The notes: a model not told the origin generated them from the sequence alone. Shown: positions 1 through 8,868, counted from the stretch's first letter. The stretch is DNA of 26,020 nucleotides from Chlamydiia bacterium (GCA_049314435.1 JBMOFD010000020.1:1-26020), one strand, 5' to 3'. Translations and numbers: made by a program.

Positions 1-145
1 GGTTCCTACGCAAAGCCTGGCCAACCGCTCTTGCGCTCGTGTTCAAAGCCTTCGCCATCAGTCCGTACGTGGTAACACGTCCCACGGGGATCTCTCGACA
101 AAGCTCATAGACTCGTTGTGCAAACGGCGAAACTCGATGATCCAT
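1..145 (-). CDS. MGMT-family (methylated-DNA--protein-cysteine methyltransferase / alkyltransferase-like) protein, 3'-truncated by the window edge
   Basis: Manual minus-strand translation from ATG at 145: MDHRVSPFAQRVYELCREIPVGRVTTYGLMAKALNTSARAVGQALRRN. This has the F-x-x-RV...IP-x-G-x-V-x-TYG...ARAVG-x-AL-x-x-N HTH signature of Ogt/ATL proteins. The active-site PCHR/PWHR motif lies outside the window. An alternative in-frame ATG is at 178. Confidence 0.9.
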   Translation of the reverse strand, partial: MDHRVSPFAQRVYELCREIPVGRVTTYGLMAKALNTSARAVGQALRRN

Positions 146-214
146 AGTAATTCTCTGTTGCAAGGAGTGGAGTCTCATAGTATGCAGAGGTTGAGCTTAT
201 TGAGAGGCACTCCC

Positions 215-1099
215 GTGCGTACACTCCCTTGGTTAATCATCGGATGCATGCTCGCTGGAGCAGGCGCAGCGCAGATGACGAGCTTGCTGCAGAGCCGATG
301 TGGAAGTGGTGCCGTTCTCTGCGTAAATTTCGCAGCTCCTCTCTACATCTCCAGGGACCAATCTCTCGTGGTGGATAGCGAAGGCTATGTAGCTCAAGTA
401 GTTGATCCGGCTCGACATATTGCTGAGTACGTCCGCCGCAACCCGCTAGGACTCTACGAGACCATGGTATCGTCCAGTCCTCGCGCTGTGACACTTTCTC
501 CGGCGATCATCGCCTCGGTCCTCGTCGATCTCCGAGATGGGGCTCTATTCTTACCGACAGGAACGGTTTCCCCTCTCTTTTCGACTCCCTCGACTCGTGC
601 CATAGGCTACACGTTTCTAGAAAGCCGTACGCAACTCCAGCAAAGTTCCGACGGATCCGTTCTCGTCGACGAAAAGGGATTCCTCCTGTGGAGAGGCCAG
701 GAAGGTTGCTCCGCAGGGCAACTCTACATTCGCCAGGACCCCAAAGGGACCTTCCAGAGTTTCGAGTACTCCATTCCTAATGGTCGAGTGACCGTCTCAG
801 CCCTCCCGAAGGCAACGGATGCTCTGCGCATACTCACCTCCAGTCTGGTCACCAAAGATGGCGCTCTGATGCAACGATGGTCCTCAACGCATAGAGACGT
901 CCAGTCTTCGCAGTCTGAATCCGAGACCCCAGCTCCCGCTGCTCCTCCCGCTCCACCGGAACCGGCTCCTACGCCGCCAGCCGCTGAGGTCAGCGGCCCG
1001 CGACAATCGCGCCTCCCGTTGATGAAGGCGTCAGCCATGGGGTTCGTTTGTATGGAAATCGCTGGGGGACTCAAGATGAACGATATGGAGATCCCCTAG
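215..1099 (+). CDS. Hypothetical exported protein with two ~98-aa internal repeats and a Pro/Ala-rich linker
   Basis: ORF 116..1099 in the track; start moved to GTG 215 because GAGAGG lies at 202-207, the result is a signal-peptide-like N-terminus (MRTLPWLIIGCMLAGAGAA-Q), and it avoids overlap with the divergent MGMT gene. Its stop abuts the next ATG at 1100. Confidence 0.7.
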   Translation: MRTLPWLIIGCMLAGAGAAQMTSLLQSRCGSGAVLCVNFAAPLYISRDQSLVVDSEGYVAQVVDPARHIAEYVRRNPLGLYETMVSSSPRAVTLSPAIIASVLVDLRDGALFLPTGTVSPLFSTPSTRAIGYTFLESRTQLQQSSDGSVLVDEKGFLLWRGQEGCSAGQLYIRQDPKGTFQSFEYSIPNGRVTVSALPKATDALRILTSSLVTKDGALMQRWSSTHRDVQSSQSESETPAPAAPPAPPEPAPTPPAAEVSGPRQSRLPLMKASAMGFVCMEIAGGLKMNDMEIP

Positions 1100-3820
1100 A
1101 TGGCTGAACCTCGTCCCGACCCGTCTCAGAACTTTCTCGAGACCCGCACCCAGCCGCTCGACGCCTTTTTTCTCCCAAGAAGCATTGCTCTCATCGGGGC
1201 TAAGGACGACGCAGGGTCCGTAGGTGGTACGATCCTACGCAACCTCATGTCGGGGTTCAAAGGCGCCCTCTACCCCGTCAACCCTAAGAGAGAAACTGTA
1301 GCGGGTATCAAAGCCTTCCCTACTGTGGGTGATCTTCCTGAGGTGGTCGATCTGGCCATCATCGTGACTCCAGCAGCCACCGTTCCCGGGATCGCTAAAG
1401 AGCTGGTGGCGAAGGGAGTCCGTGCAGCGATCGTGATCTCTGCGGGATTCAAGGAGTTGGGGCCGGCCGGAGCAGCGATCGAACAGGAGCTCTTGAGCGT
1501 GGCTCGCACCGGCGGACTGAGGATTATCGGACCCAATTGTTTGGGGCTAATGAATCCCCCTGCTGGGCTCAATGCCACGTTTGCGTCACGCATGGCCATG
1601 CCAGGCCGCATGGCCTTTCTCAGCCAGTCCGGAGCAATGTGCACCTCTGTTCTCGACTGGTCACTGACAGAACACATTGGATTCAGTGCGTTTGTATCCA
1701 TTGGATCCATGGCTGATATCGGCTGGGGAGACCTCATCGACTACCTGGGCCACGACCCCAATACCGACTCTATCCTGCTCTATATGGAGACCATCGGTGA
1801 CTCAAGGAGTTTCCTTAGTGCAGCGAGAGAGGTCGCCCTCTCCAAGCCCATCATCGTCATCAAGGGTGGTCGTACGGAGGCCGCCTCTACCGTAGCTGCT
1901 AGTCACACGGGAGCAATGGCCGGAAGTGATGAGGTCTTTGAGGCAGCGTGCGAACGAGCCGGAATCCTAAGAGTCCATACTATCGCTGAGTTGTTTAGCG
2001 GCGCCTCAGTGCTCTCGAGGCAAAACCGGCCCGCCGGTCCCAGGCTGGCCATCGTGACCAACGCCGGCGGTCCTTCGGTATTAGCTACTGACGCTGCCGT
2101 GTTGAATGGCGCAACCATGGCCAGTTTGGGCAAGGAGACGTTTGAAGCTCTCGATCACCTGCTGCCTCCATATTGGAGCCATGCCAACCCCGTAGACCTG
2201 CTTGGAGACGCTGGACCTGCCACCTATGGAGCAGCCGCTGGTCTGGTTGCTGCAGACCAAAACAATGACGGTCTGCTAATCATCCTAACTCCCCAGGACA
2301 TGTCTGATCCGACAGCTTCGGCCAAGGAAGTGATCAAGGCCGTCCAGGGTCTGAACAAACCTGTCTTGGCTTCTTGGATGGGCGGCCAATCTGTTCAGGA
2401 GGGGATCACTCTTCTCAACCAGGCGAATATCCCCACCTTCGACTATCCGGATAGTGCGGCTCGTACATTCGCCCAGATGTGGCAATATAGTCGTAACCTA
2501 AAGGCTCTCTATGAGACGCCAGCAGTGCGAGATCACTTCGAAGCTCACGTCGTGCATCGGGCTAAGGTGCAGGCCATCCTTCACAATGTGCAAGAGCAGG
2601 GCCGCCAGCTCCTAGATGAGTTTGAGTCCAAGCAGGTCCTCGCCTCTTATGACATCCCGGTAGTCCGGACTATCGTCGCTCGCAATGAAGACGAAGCGGT
2701 GGACGGGGCAGAGGGCATTGGCTATCCCGTTGTTCTAAAACTCTACTCCCGCACCATCACGCACAAAAGCGATGTGGGCGGTGTGAAGCTGAACCTAAGA
2801 GATGGCACCTCTGTCCGCCATGCCTACGATGAGATTTTCCGTAATGCCCTAGCCGCGGGCGGCAACGCAGCATTTGAGGGTGTCACGGTTCAGCCGATGG
2901 TGCGTCTAGAAGGCTATGAGATCATCCTAGGGAGTTCGGTCGACCCTCAGTTTGGTCCCGTTCTTCTCTTTGGGACAGGCGGCCAGCTCACCGAAGTCTA
3001 TAAAGACCGTGCCTTGGGCTTCCCCCCATTGAATGCGACCTTAGCCCATTCCATGATGGAGAAGACCAAGATCTACGCTGCCCTGCAAGGGGTCCGCGGG
3101 CGTCGTGCCATCGATTTGGCCTCTCTTGAACAGACCATGGTGCGATTCTCCTCACTGGTGGCAGAGAACCCCGAGATCCGAGAAATCGATATCAACCCAC
3201 TCCTTGTGAGCCCAGATCAGATCATTGCGCTGGATGCCCGGGTACTTCTTCATCATCCTCAAGACCCTCCGGTTCGGCTGGCGATTCGCCCCTACCCTAT
3301 CGAGTACATTCGTCAGATGAAGCTGACTGATGGTACCGTGGTCAGCATTCGTCCTATCCGTCCGGAAGATGAGCCCCTTCTCGTTGACTTCCACCGAGGG
3401 CTAAGTGAAAACTCTGTTCGGCAGCCCTACCTAGAGGTCGTGAGCTTAGATGAGCGTATTGCCCACGAACGACTCATTCGCCTCTGCTGCCCCGATTATG
3501 ATCGAGAGTGGACGCTCGTAGCCGAACTTCCGGCCGAACGTGGGCGCCCTGGCAAAGCGGTCGGAGTAGCCCGCCTGTTCCGCCACGGCCCATCATCGGA
3601 AGCTGAGCTCAAGTTGGTCATCGCCGATGCCTATCAAAATCGCGGTCTGGGGCGACGCATGCTCGAAGATCTTCTTGCCATTGGAGCAAAGGAGGGTATC
3701 CGCGAGATTACCGCTCGCATCCTTCAGGAAAATGGCGCCATGCTGCACTTGATGCAGTCGTTGGGCTTCACACAGCGGCCTGAAGGGCAACTTATCATCG
3801 CCACTCGTGTCCTCACGTGA
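1100..3820 (+). CDS. Bifunctional acetate--CoA ligase (ADP-forming) family / GNAT N-acetyltransferase (Pat/YfiQ-type architecture)
   Basis: CoA-binding domain (SIALIGA, YPVNP, IISAGFKE, GPNCLG), [25 protein letters not shown]-grasp domain ([23 protein letters not shown]) and a C-terminal GNAT with IRPIRPED and QNRGLG. Confidence 0.95.
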   Translation: MAEPRPDPSQNFLETRTQPLDAFFLPRSIALIGAKDDAGSVGGTILRNLMSGFKGALYPVNPKRETVAGIKAFPTVGDLPEVVDLAIIVTPAATVPGIAKELVAKGVRAAIVISAGFKELGPAGAAIEQELLSVARTGGLRIIGPNCLGLMNPPAGLNATFASRMAMPGRMAFLSQSGAMCTSVLDWSLTEHIGFSAFVSIGSMADIGWGDLIDYLGHDPNTDSILLYMETIGDSRSFLSAAREVALSKPIIVIKGGRTEAASTVAASHTGAMAGSDEVFEAACERAGILRVHTIAELFSGASVLSRQNRPAGPRLAIVTNAGGPSVLATDAAVLNGATMASLGKETFEALDHLLPPYWSHANPVDLLGDAGPATYGAAAGLVAADQNNDGLLIILTPQDMSDPTASAKEVIKAVQGLNKPVLASWMGGQSVQEGITLLNQANIPTFDYPDSAARTFAQMWQYSRNLKALYETPAVRDHFEAHVVHRAKVQAILHNVQEQGRQLLDEFESKQVLASYDIPVVRTIVARNEDEAVDGAEGIGYPVVLKLYSRTITHKSDVGGVKLNLRDGTSVRHAYDEIFRNALAAGGNAAFEGVTVQPMVRLEGYEIILGSSVDPQFGPVLLFGTGGQLTEVYKDRALGFPPLNATLAHSMMEKTKIYAALQGVRGRRAIDLASLEQTMVRFSSLVAENPEIREIDINPLLVSPDQIIALDARVLLHHPQDPPVRLAIRPYPIEYIRQMKLTDGTVVSIRPIRPEDEPLLVDFHRGLSENSVRQPYLEVVSLDERIAHERLIRLCCPDYDREWTLVAELPAERGRPGKAVGVARLFRHGPSSEAELKLVIADAYQNRGLGRRMLEDLLAIGAKEGIREITARILQENGAMLHLMQSLGFTQRPEGQLIIATRVLT

Positions 3821-3900
3821 CCTACAGTAGACTTTTGGGCCGAGGAGTCGGGAATGGGCCTTTGATTTATGATGGCCGGATACCAGAAGTTTGTTGTAGG
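3821..3900 (+). promoter_or_regulatory. Candidate structured cis-regulatory RNA (three-way junction) in the leader of the DAACS transporter pair
   Basis: Uninterrupted 18-bp helix 3821-3838/3883-3900 (14 Watson-Crick + 4 G-U) enclosing hairpins CCGA-ggag-TCGG (3840-3851) and GGCC..GGCC (3857-3877). No known family recognised. Confidence 0.5.
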
Positions 3901-3932
3901 CTAATACGAAATCGATATCCGAGGACTGACTC

Positions 3933-5183
3933 GTGAAAAAATCCGACATGTTATGGAAAGTTCTGATAGCAATTGTCCTGGCCGTGATCGCAGGAAGCTT
4001 GTCGGGTGAAGATAGCGGGATTTTCGGCATTACCTTCTATTCCGTCTATGATGTTCTTGGCGGCTTGTTCCTCAATGCGCTGACCTTGCTCGTTCTTCCC
4101 CTGGTCACTTCTTCCATCATCTCGGGCATCGGAGCTCTAGGTGGCGATGCCTCGTTTGGTCGTCTTGGCGTCAAAACGTTTACATTCTACTTCCTCACGA
4201 TGCTGTTAGCGGCGATGGTCGGCGTTCTGATGGTGAACTTGATCGACCCCGGCGCTGGCTATACCCAGCATATGGGCACTACAGTCACGACAGAACTTGC
4301 GCATACGGCGGCTGCTCAAGAGTCCCCCATTGCCATGCTTCTTGGGAAGGTCATCCCTTCGAACATTCTGGGTGCCGCAACGAGCGGCAACATGTTGGGT
4401 GTCATCGCGTTTAGCCTCTTCTTCGGCTTTACTCTGGCTAAGCTGGACCACCCGGCCGCTCAGACCATGCTGGCTTGGTGGAAGGGGCTGTTCCTCGTGT
4501 CCATGAGGATGACCCACGCCCTGATGTTCTTCATGCCTTATGGTGTGTTCTTCTTAGTCGCCAAAGTGATCGCTCATGGCGGGCTAGAGTCGATCACCAA
4601 CCTAGCGCGCTTCTTCGGCACGGTCGTTCTTGCCTTACTTCTCTACGTACTCGTCGTCATACCTATTGTATTCAAGTTTCGAGGATTGAGCCCCATAAGG
4701 CACTTCCGAGCTCTGGGCCCAGCACTGTTGACAGCCTTTAGCACCAGCAGTTCAGCTGCCACATTGCCTGTGACCATGGAATGTGTGGAAAAGCGAGCTG
4801 GGGTCAGTAACCGTATCTGCTCTTTCGTTGTCCCTCTGGGCACAAGCGTGAACATGAGCGGCTCAGCACTCTATGAGTGCGTGGCCGCGCTCTTCATCGC
4901 TCAGGTAGCCGGTCTAGAGCTGGGCGTCGTGGAACAGTTCCTCGTCGTGGTCATGGCCCTTATCACAGCAATGGGTATGGCGGGCATCCCCTCAGCTTCT
5001 TTGGTGGCTCTGATTGTGATCCTGAACTCAATGGGATTGCCCCCAGAGGGCATTGCGTTGATCTTACCTGTAGATAGGATCCTCGACATGTGCCGCACTG
5101 TCGTGAATGTCTTTAGCGACGCTAGCTGTGCTGTTCTGGTAGCTCAGTCTGAAGGCGAGACGGTACTGCAAGCACGCAAATAG
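3933..5183 (+). CDS. Dicarboxylate/amino acid:cation symporter (DAACS, GltP/GltT-like), copy 1
   Basis: AFSTSSSAATLP (HP1), VPLGTSVNMSGSALYE (TM7), AGIPSAS (HP2), DRILDMCRTVVNVFSD (TM8). GTG start with GAGGA at 3921-3925. Confidence 0.95.
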   Translation: MKKSDMLWKVLIAIVLAVIAGSLSGEDSGIFGITFYSVYDVLGGLFLNALTLLVLPLVTSSIISGIGALGGDASFGRLGVKTFTFYFLTMLLAAMVGVLMVNLIDPGAGYTQHMGTTVTTELAHTAAAQESPIAMLLGKVIPSNILGAATSGNMLGVIAFSLFFGFTLAKLDHPAAQTMLAWWKGLFLVSMRMTHALMFFMPYGVFFLVAKVIAHGGLESITNLARFFGTVVLALLLYVLVVIPIVFKFRGLSPIRHFRALGPALLTAFSTSSSAATLPVTMECVEKRAGVSNRICSFVVPLGTSVNMSGSALYECVAALFIAQVAGLELGVVEQFLVVVMALITAMGMAGIPSASLVALIVILNSMGLPPEGIALILPVDRILDMCRTVVNVFSDASCAVLVAQSEGETVLQARK

Positions 5184-5204
5184 GTCAGTTCAAGAGAGGG
5201 GCCT

Positions 5205-6476
5205 TTGAAAGTCGTTCCGTGGCGGATACTCTTAGCGCTCCTCATTGCCGTTTGTGTAGGGCTCCTTGCCCGCGATCACGTCGACGGTTGGCAACTTACC
5301 CTCTACCGCATCCTTGACCTAGGCGCGCAGGTCTACCTCAGTGCCCTGAGGATGCTGGTCATCCCCTTAGTAGGGATCGCTATCCTTCACAGTTTCATCG
5401 AAGCACGTGGCGGCTTGGGATTGGGCCGACTGGCCGCCCGAACCTTCTTCTACTATGCCTTCACGGCTCTTGGAGCCGGATGCTTAGGCCTTGTGATCGT
5501 AAATACCCTGCTGCCGATGTTGACGGCTACGATGGCCACTCCCGTCACGGGTGAGCACCTAGCTGGCGCTATCACGTCCAAGGCGTTGGTCCTCAGCGGA
5601 GACCCGTGGCAAGCAGTAGCGGACATCCTGACGAATCTTGTTCCCACCAATATCATCAATGCGGCAGCACAGGGAAACATGCTGGGGATCATTTTCTTCA
5701 GCATGCTCCTTGGCTATGCGCTTCTTCGTCTCCCTAAGACGGCGACCACAAGCTTTTCCCTCATCGATGATCTCTTCTTGGCTGTCTTACAGATGACGCG
5801 CTTGATCTCCGTAGCGATGCCCGTAGGCGTGATCTTCCTTGTGGGCAGAAGCGTTGCCTCGGGTGGCCTGGCTCAGATCGGCAGCTTGCTCATCTTTGCT
5901 GGAATCGTTCTGCTTGCTTTAGCACTCTTCGCATGTGTGATCCTCCCGATCATTCTCTTGGCACGGGGCATCCATCCTCTGCGACTGGTCAAGATCATGT
6001 GGCCGGCACTCATAGCCGCCTTCTCCACCAGCTCTGGGGCGGCTGCCCTCCCAGTGACGATTCACTGTCTTACAGCCGGTGGCATCCCCAATCGCGTGGT
6101 GAGCTTTGTGGCGCCTCTGGGCACCACCTTCAATATGACGGGCTCAGGCCTCTATGAATGTGTGGCTGCGCTCTTCATCGCCCAGCTCTATGGGCTGCAT
6201 TTGCCGTTGTCTCATCAGATTCTGGTTGTAGCGCTCTCGCTGCTTACGAGTATGGGCATGGCAGGCGTGGCTTCTAGTTCCCTGATCGCCATCGTGGTCG
6301 ATATCAACCTGATGGGGCTCCCGATCGAAGCGGCAACCTTTCTATTGCCTGTAGAACGTCTGTTGGAAATGGCGAGAACGACCACAAATGTGTTTAGTGA
6401 TGCGTGCTGTTGCGCTCTGGTCGCAAGAGAAGAGGCGGGAGAGCCACCGGCTCTCCTGCCTGCAGAACAGGCCTAG
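5205..6476 (+). CDS. Dicarboxylate/amino acid:cation symporter (DAACS), copy 2, divergent
   Basis: AFSTSSGAAALP, APLGTTFNMTGSGLYE, AGVASSS, ERLLEMARTTTNVFSD. TTG start preceded by GAGGGG. Confidence 0.92.
   Translation: MKVVPWRILLALLIAVCVGLLARDHVDGWQLTLYRILDLGAQVYLSALRMLVIPLVGIAILHSFIEARGGLGLGRLAARTFFYYAFTALGAGCLGLVIVNTLLPMLTATMATPVTGEHLAGAITSKALVLSGDPWQAVADILTNLVPTNIINAAAQGNMLGIIFFSMLLGYALLRLPKTATTSFSLIDDLFLAVLQMTRLISVAMPVGVIFLVGRSVASGGLAQIGSLLIFAGIVLLALALFACVILPIILLARGIHPLRLVKIMWPALIAAFSTSSGAAALPVTIHCLTAGGIPNRVVSFVAPLGTTFNMTGSGLYECVAALFIAQLYGLHLPLSHQILVVALSLLTSMGMAGVASSSLIAIVVDINLMGLPIEAATFLLPVERLLEMARTTTNVFSDACCCALVAREEAGEPPALLPAEQA
6387..6476 (+). repeat. Direct repeat copy 1 (last 90 bp of DAACS copy 2)
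   Basis: Hand alignment to 7032-7122 gives 8 substitutions and 1 indel; the last 30 bp are identical (CCGGCTCTCCTGCCTGCAGAACAGGCCTAG). Confidence 0.95.
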
Positions 6477-7009
6477 ATGGCTCCAGCCGCTGAGCCACTT
6501 CTAGAACGGCCGGCCCAGGTTGCGGTCGTCGACCACGCGAGATAGATCCCGTACACGTCGGACTTGTCAACGATCGATTCCAAGCGATCGCCACGAGCGC
6601 GATTCTGCGGCACGTTGGCCTCTTGGAAGATGCGGGCCTGCGCTTCAGCGGAAAGCCAGTTGAAGCTGATGGAAACGATTTCGCTTGGATTCTTCAAATT
6701 CAAGGCGTTAATCACCCGGACCGGTGCCGGGAAAAATCGCTTGTACTCGATGTCTCCCTGAATGAGCGGATCTTGAGTTTCCGGAGGAGGGGTCCACGCC
6801 TCCAAAAAGTCCTCTACGGTCTTGCCTTCTTTGAGTCTTCGAACTCCGAGGCCCAGGCTGGAAGGCGTTCTTTGACAGGCGCTGCGCTGGTAAAGGCCCT
6901 CAAATATTTGAGCTCTTTCTTCGGCTGGCAGCTGTCCGAGGATGCGGAAAGCTTGTTCGAAGTCCCTAGCCGCAAATGCAGTCCAAAAGGCTTGGTGTGA
7001 CTGATTCAA
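6473..7009 (-). CDS. Hypothetical protein (~178 aa) lying between the direct repeats; possible frameshift near its 3' end
   Basis: The track ORF 6473..7219 runs through the repeat and the hydrolase gene. A better start is TTG at 7009, 5 nt after GGAGG. Globular-looking sequence with RRLKEGKTVEDFLEAW and VRVINALNLKNPSEIVSI. Confidence 0.7.
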   Translation of the reverse strand: MNQSHQAFWTAFAARDFEQAFRILGQLPAEERAQIFEGLYQRSACQRTPSSLGLGVRRLKEGKTVEDFLEAWTPPPETQDPLIQGDIEYKRFFPAPVRVINALNLKNPSEIVSISFNWLSAEAQARIFQEANVPQNRARGDRLESIVDKSDVYGIYLAWSTTATWAGRSRSGSAAGAI

Positions 7010-7031
7010 TAGGACCTCCCACAGGGATTTG

Positions 7032-7122
7032 AATGTGTTGAGTGACGCCGTGCTCTTGCGCGCTGATCGCAAGAGAGGAGGCAGGAGAGCCGCCGGCTCT
7101 CCTGCCTGCAGAACAGGCCTAG
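7032..7122 (+). repeat. Direct repeat copy 2: orphan remnant of a DAACS gene 3' end
   Basis: Allowing one extra base, it translates as NVLSDA-CSCALIAREEAGEPPALLPAEQA*, versus NVFSDACCCALVAREEAGEPPALLPAEQA* in copy 1. Confidence 0.95.
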
Positions 7123-8141
7123 CTGGCCGCGGCCTTAGACGTATGAGCTGGAGCCACTTGGTCCAGGAACAAGTTGATCTCTCCCCACACAATGGCTTGG
7201 GCGTCATCAGTCTCTGCAAAGAGGTTGTGACGAGCTCCTGGGATTACGATCTCTCTGCAATGAGGCAGACGCTCTGCCACGATGTGCGCCGCTGAGCTGT
7301 CCACTACTCGATCATCCCCAGCATTCAACATCAGAACGGGTGCGGTGACCTTCGCCAGACGTCCGGGATCATTGGCTCGGTCCATCGATTTAAAGACCTC
7401 ATCTGCCCACGATACGGTAACACCGCCTGTGACATATTCAGGATGTTCGCGCAGGAACCGCTTCTGCTCTGCATAACGAGCAGGATCCCGAGTGGACTGG
7501 TTACCTTCAAATCGGTCGCCCGCCAGGTCATAGGGGCCATAGCCAGGAGCATAGCGCTCCCCTAACCCAAGCTTTCTCAGCATCGCGGCCACCATAGGAG
7601 CCACGCTCCGCGGAATGAATCCGGTGTGGACATCCAACATGGGAGCCACAAGGATCGCACCACTGAGGCCGTCTGGAGCTTCTTCCATTAGGCGCAGGGC
7701 CATGTGCCCTCCCATGCTGCTGCCCACCAGAAGCCAGGGCTGAGGCGCTTTGTCGACACGCGCACGAAGCTTCAAGGCGCAGAGGTCTTCTAAGTAGCTC
7801 TCAAAGGCCTCAATATGAACCTTATGGGAATCTTCGAGGGTCCTTGACGACTCCCCCTGTCCTCTCCAGTCCAGCGTGTAGACGTTGAATCCTAGATTGT
7901 AGAATTGGTGTAATGAAGGCTCTCTAGCCAACAGAATCCCACTTCGCCCCGGCAAGAAGAAGACGGTACCTCGAATATCGCCGGAATCATGAGCCAGTCG
8001 CGCCGTCATGACCTTGCAATTGTTGCACCCTTCTGTGACGCAACGCTCTAGGCACGCTCCATAAAGCGGCTGCCAGGGCTGCACCCAAGCCAACTGTGTG
8101 AGCAGAAGCCACTGTGCCATTCGATTGGGAACCCAAACCAT
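7119..8141 (-). CDS. Alpha/beta hydrolase, lysophospholipase L2 (PldB)/monoglyceride lipase-like
   Basis: DWRGQGES, nucleophile elbow GSSMGG, LVAPML, acid in AGDDRVVD, His in GARHNLFAE. GGAGG lies 7 nt before ATG 8141. Confidence 0.9.
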   Translation of the reverse strand: MVWVPNRMAQWLLLTQLAWVQPWQPLYGACLERCVTEGCNNCKVMTARLAHDSGDIRGTVFFLPGRSGILLAREPSLHQFYNLGFNVYTLDWRGQGESSRTLEDSHKVHIEAFESYLEDLCALKLRARVDKAPQPWLLVGSSMGGHMALRLMEEAPDGLSGAILVAPMLDVHTGFIPRSVAPMVAAMLRKLGLGERYAPGYGPYDLAGDRFEGNQSTRDPARYAEQKRFLREHPEYVTGGVTVSWADEVFKSMDRANDPGRLAKVTAPVLMLNAGDDRVVDSSAAHIVAERLPHCREIVIPGARHNLFAETDDAQAIVWGEINLFLDQVAPAHTSKAAAS

Positions 8142-8296
8142 GCATGAACCTCCATATTAGGCACCGATCCTCTTGGCGCCACCTCAGGTCTCGGCCAGCA
8201 TAGCAATCGGCTGAGCTGTCGTCATCATTCTCAAATCTCAAGCTGAGAGGAAAGGAGGGTTCCATGAAAGCAATAAGTGCACACGCGCTGAGGACC

Positions 8297-8740
8297 TTAG
8301 GCGTGTGTCTGTCTCTTACCAAGAATCACAACGGCCAGATCGGTGGAGAAGATAGGAAGCAGAGCTAGAGTGATCAACGTGAGGGCCATCCTCCACTCAG
8401 GTGCGGACACCCACCCGAAAATGCCAAACGTGAGCAACAGCAGCCCGACGATCGTTCCAGCAGCGGATCCCAAAAGAACAAGCGTGCGGAACCTCGAAGA
8501 GTGCGGCCATACCAACCAGGCTCCAAGCCAACTTCCAAACGTAAGGCCCACCGGCAAGAACCATAGGGTATCAAGTCCTGTCGCCACCGAGATGGAATAG
8601 GGTCCGACCAGGCCAAGGAATGTGGTATAGAGCAGCTGCTGTGGTACGGTCACCAACCAGCGCATGGATATGCCCATTCGAACGCCCTCACATCTTGCGG
8701 TGTCTGTCTCCATGCTACGCAAGCCAATGCTTTTGTCCAA
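8297..8740 (-). CDS. Hypothetical membrane protein (~4 TM segments); start uncertain, possibly a downstream ATG
   Basis: Four hydrophobic stretches in the ORF; co-oriented with the hydrolase; no family recognised. Confidence 0.6.
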   Translation of the reverse strand: MDKSIGLRSMETDTARCEGVRMGISMRWLVTVPQQLLYTTFLGLVGPYSISVATGLDTLWFLPVGLTFGSWLGAWLVWPHSSRFRTLVLLGSAAGTIVGLLLLTFGIFGWVSAPEWRMALTLITLALLPIFSTDLAVVILGKRQTHA

Positions 8741-8868
8741 CCTCGCCGAAAATGGGGGCCCCCGCCTTGTTCAAAAGGGGCATGGCTTTCAAAATGAGCC
8801 CGCTAGGTATCAGGAGATCACGGGGGGAGCACTTCCTTCGTTTAGAACGACCAACCTAGGTTCTTACA

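Noticed and set aside
8..25. ACGCAAAGCC resembling part of the c-di-GMP-I riboswitch
   Set aside because: It is the antisense of the MGMT coding sequence (QALR codons), and the rest of the motif is absent.
116..214. ORF-track N-terminal extension of the first + strand ORF
   Set aside because: It overlaps the divergent MGMT gene; GTG 215 has an RBS and yields a signal peptide.
6387..7122. Repeat pair as a CRISPR array or IS target-site duplication
   Set aside because: Only two long copies, coding-derived and diverged; no cas gene, transposase or terminal inverted repeats.
7010..7219. N-terminal 70 aa of track ORF 6473..7219
   Set aside because: It overlaps the hydrolase 3' end and the antisense of the repeat; an RBS-supported TTG lies at 7009.
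8143..8265. Imperfect pairing between the hydrolase RBS region and 8254-8265
   Set aside because: Needs two bulges over about 12 bp at more than 100 nt distance; not convincing.
8741..8868. Short hairpins and palindromes (GGGGGCCCCC, AACCTAGGTT, 8821-8840 stem) and repeated TTCAAAA in the divergent spacer
   Set aside because: Short, G-U-rich or irregularly spaced; plausible by chance at this GC content.
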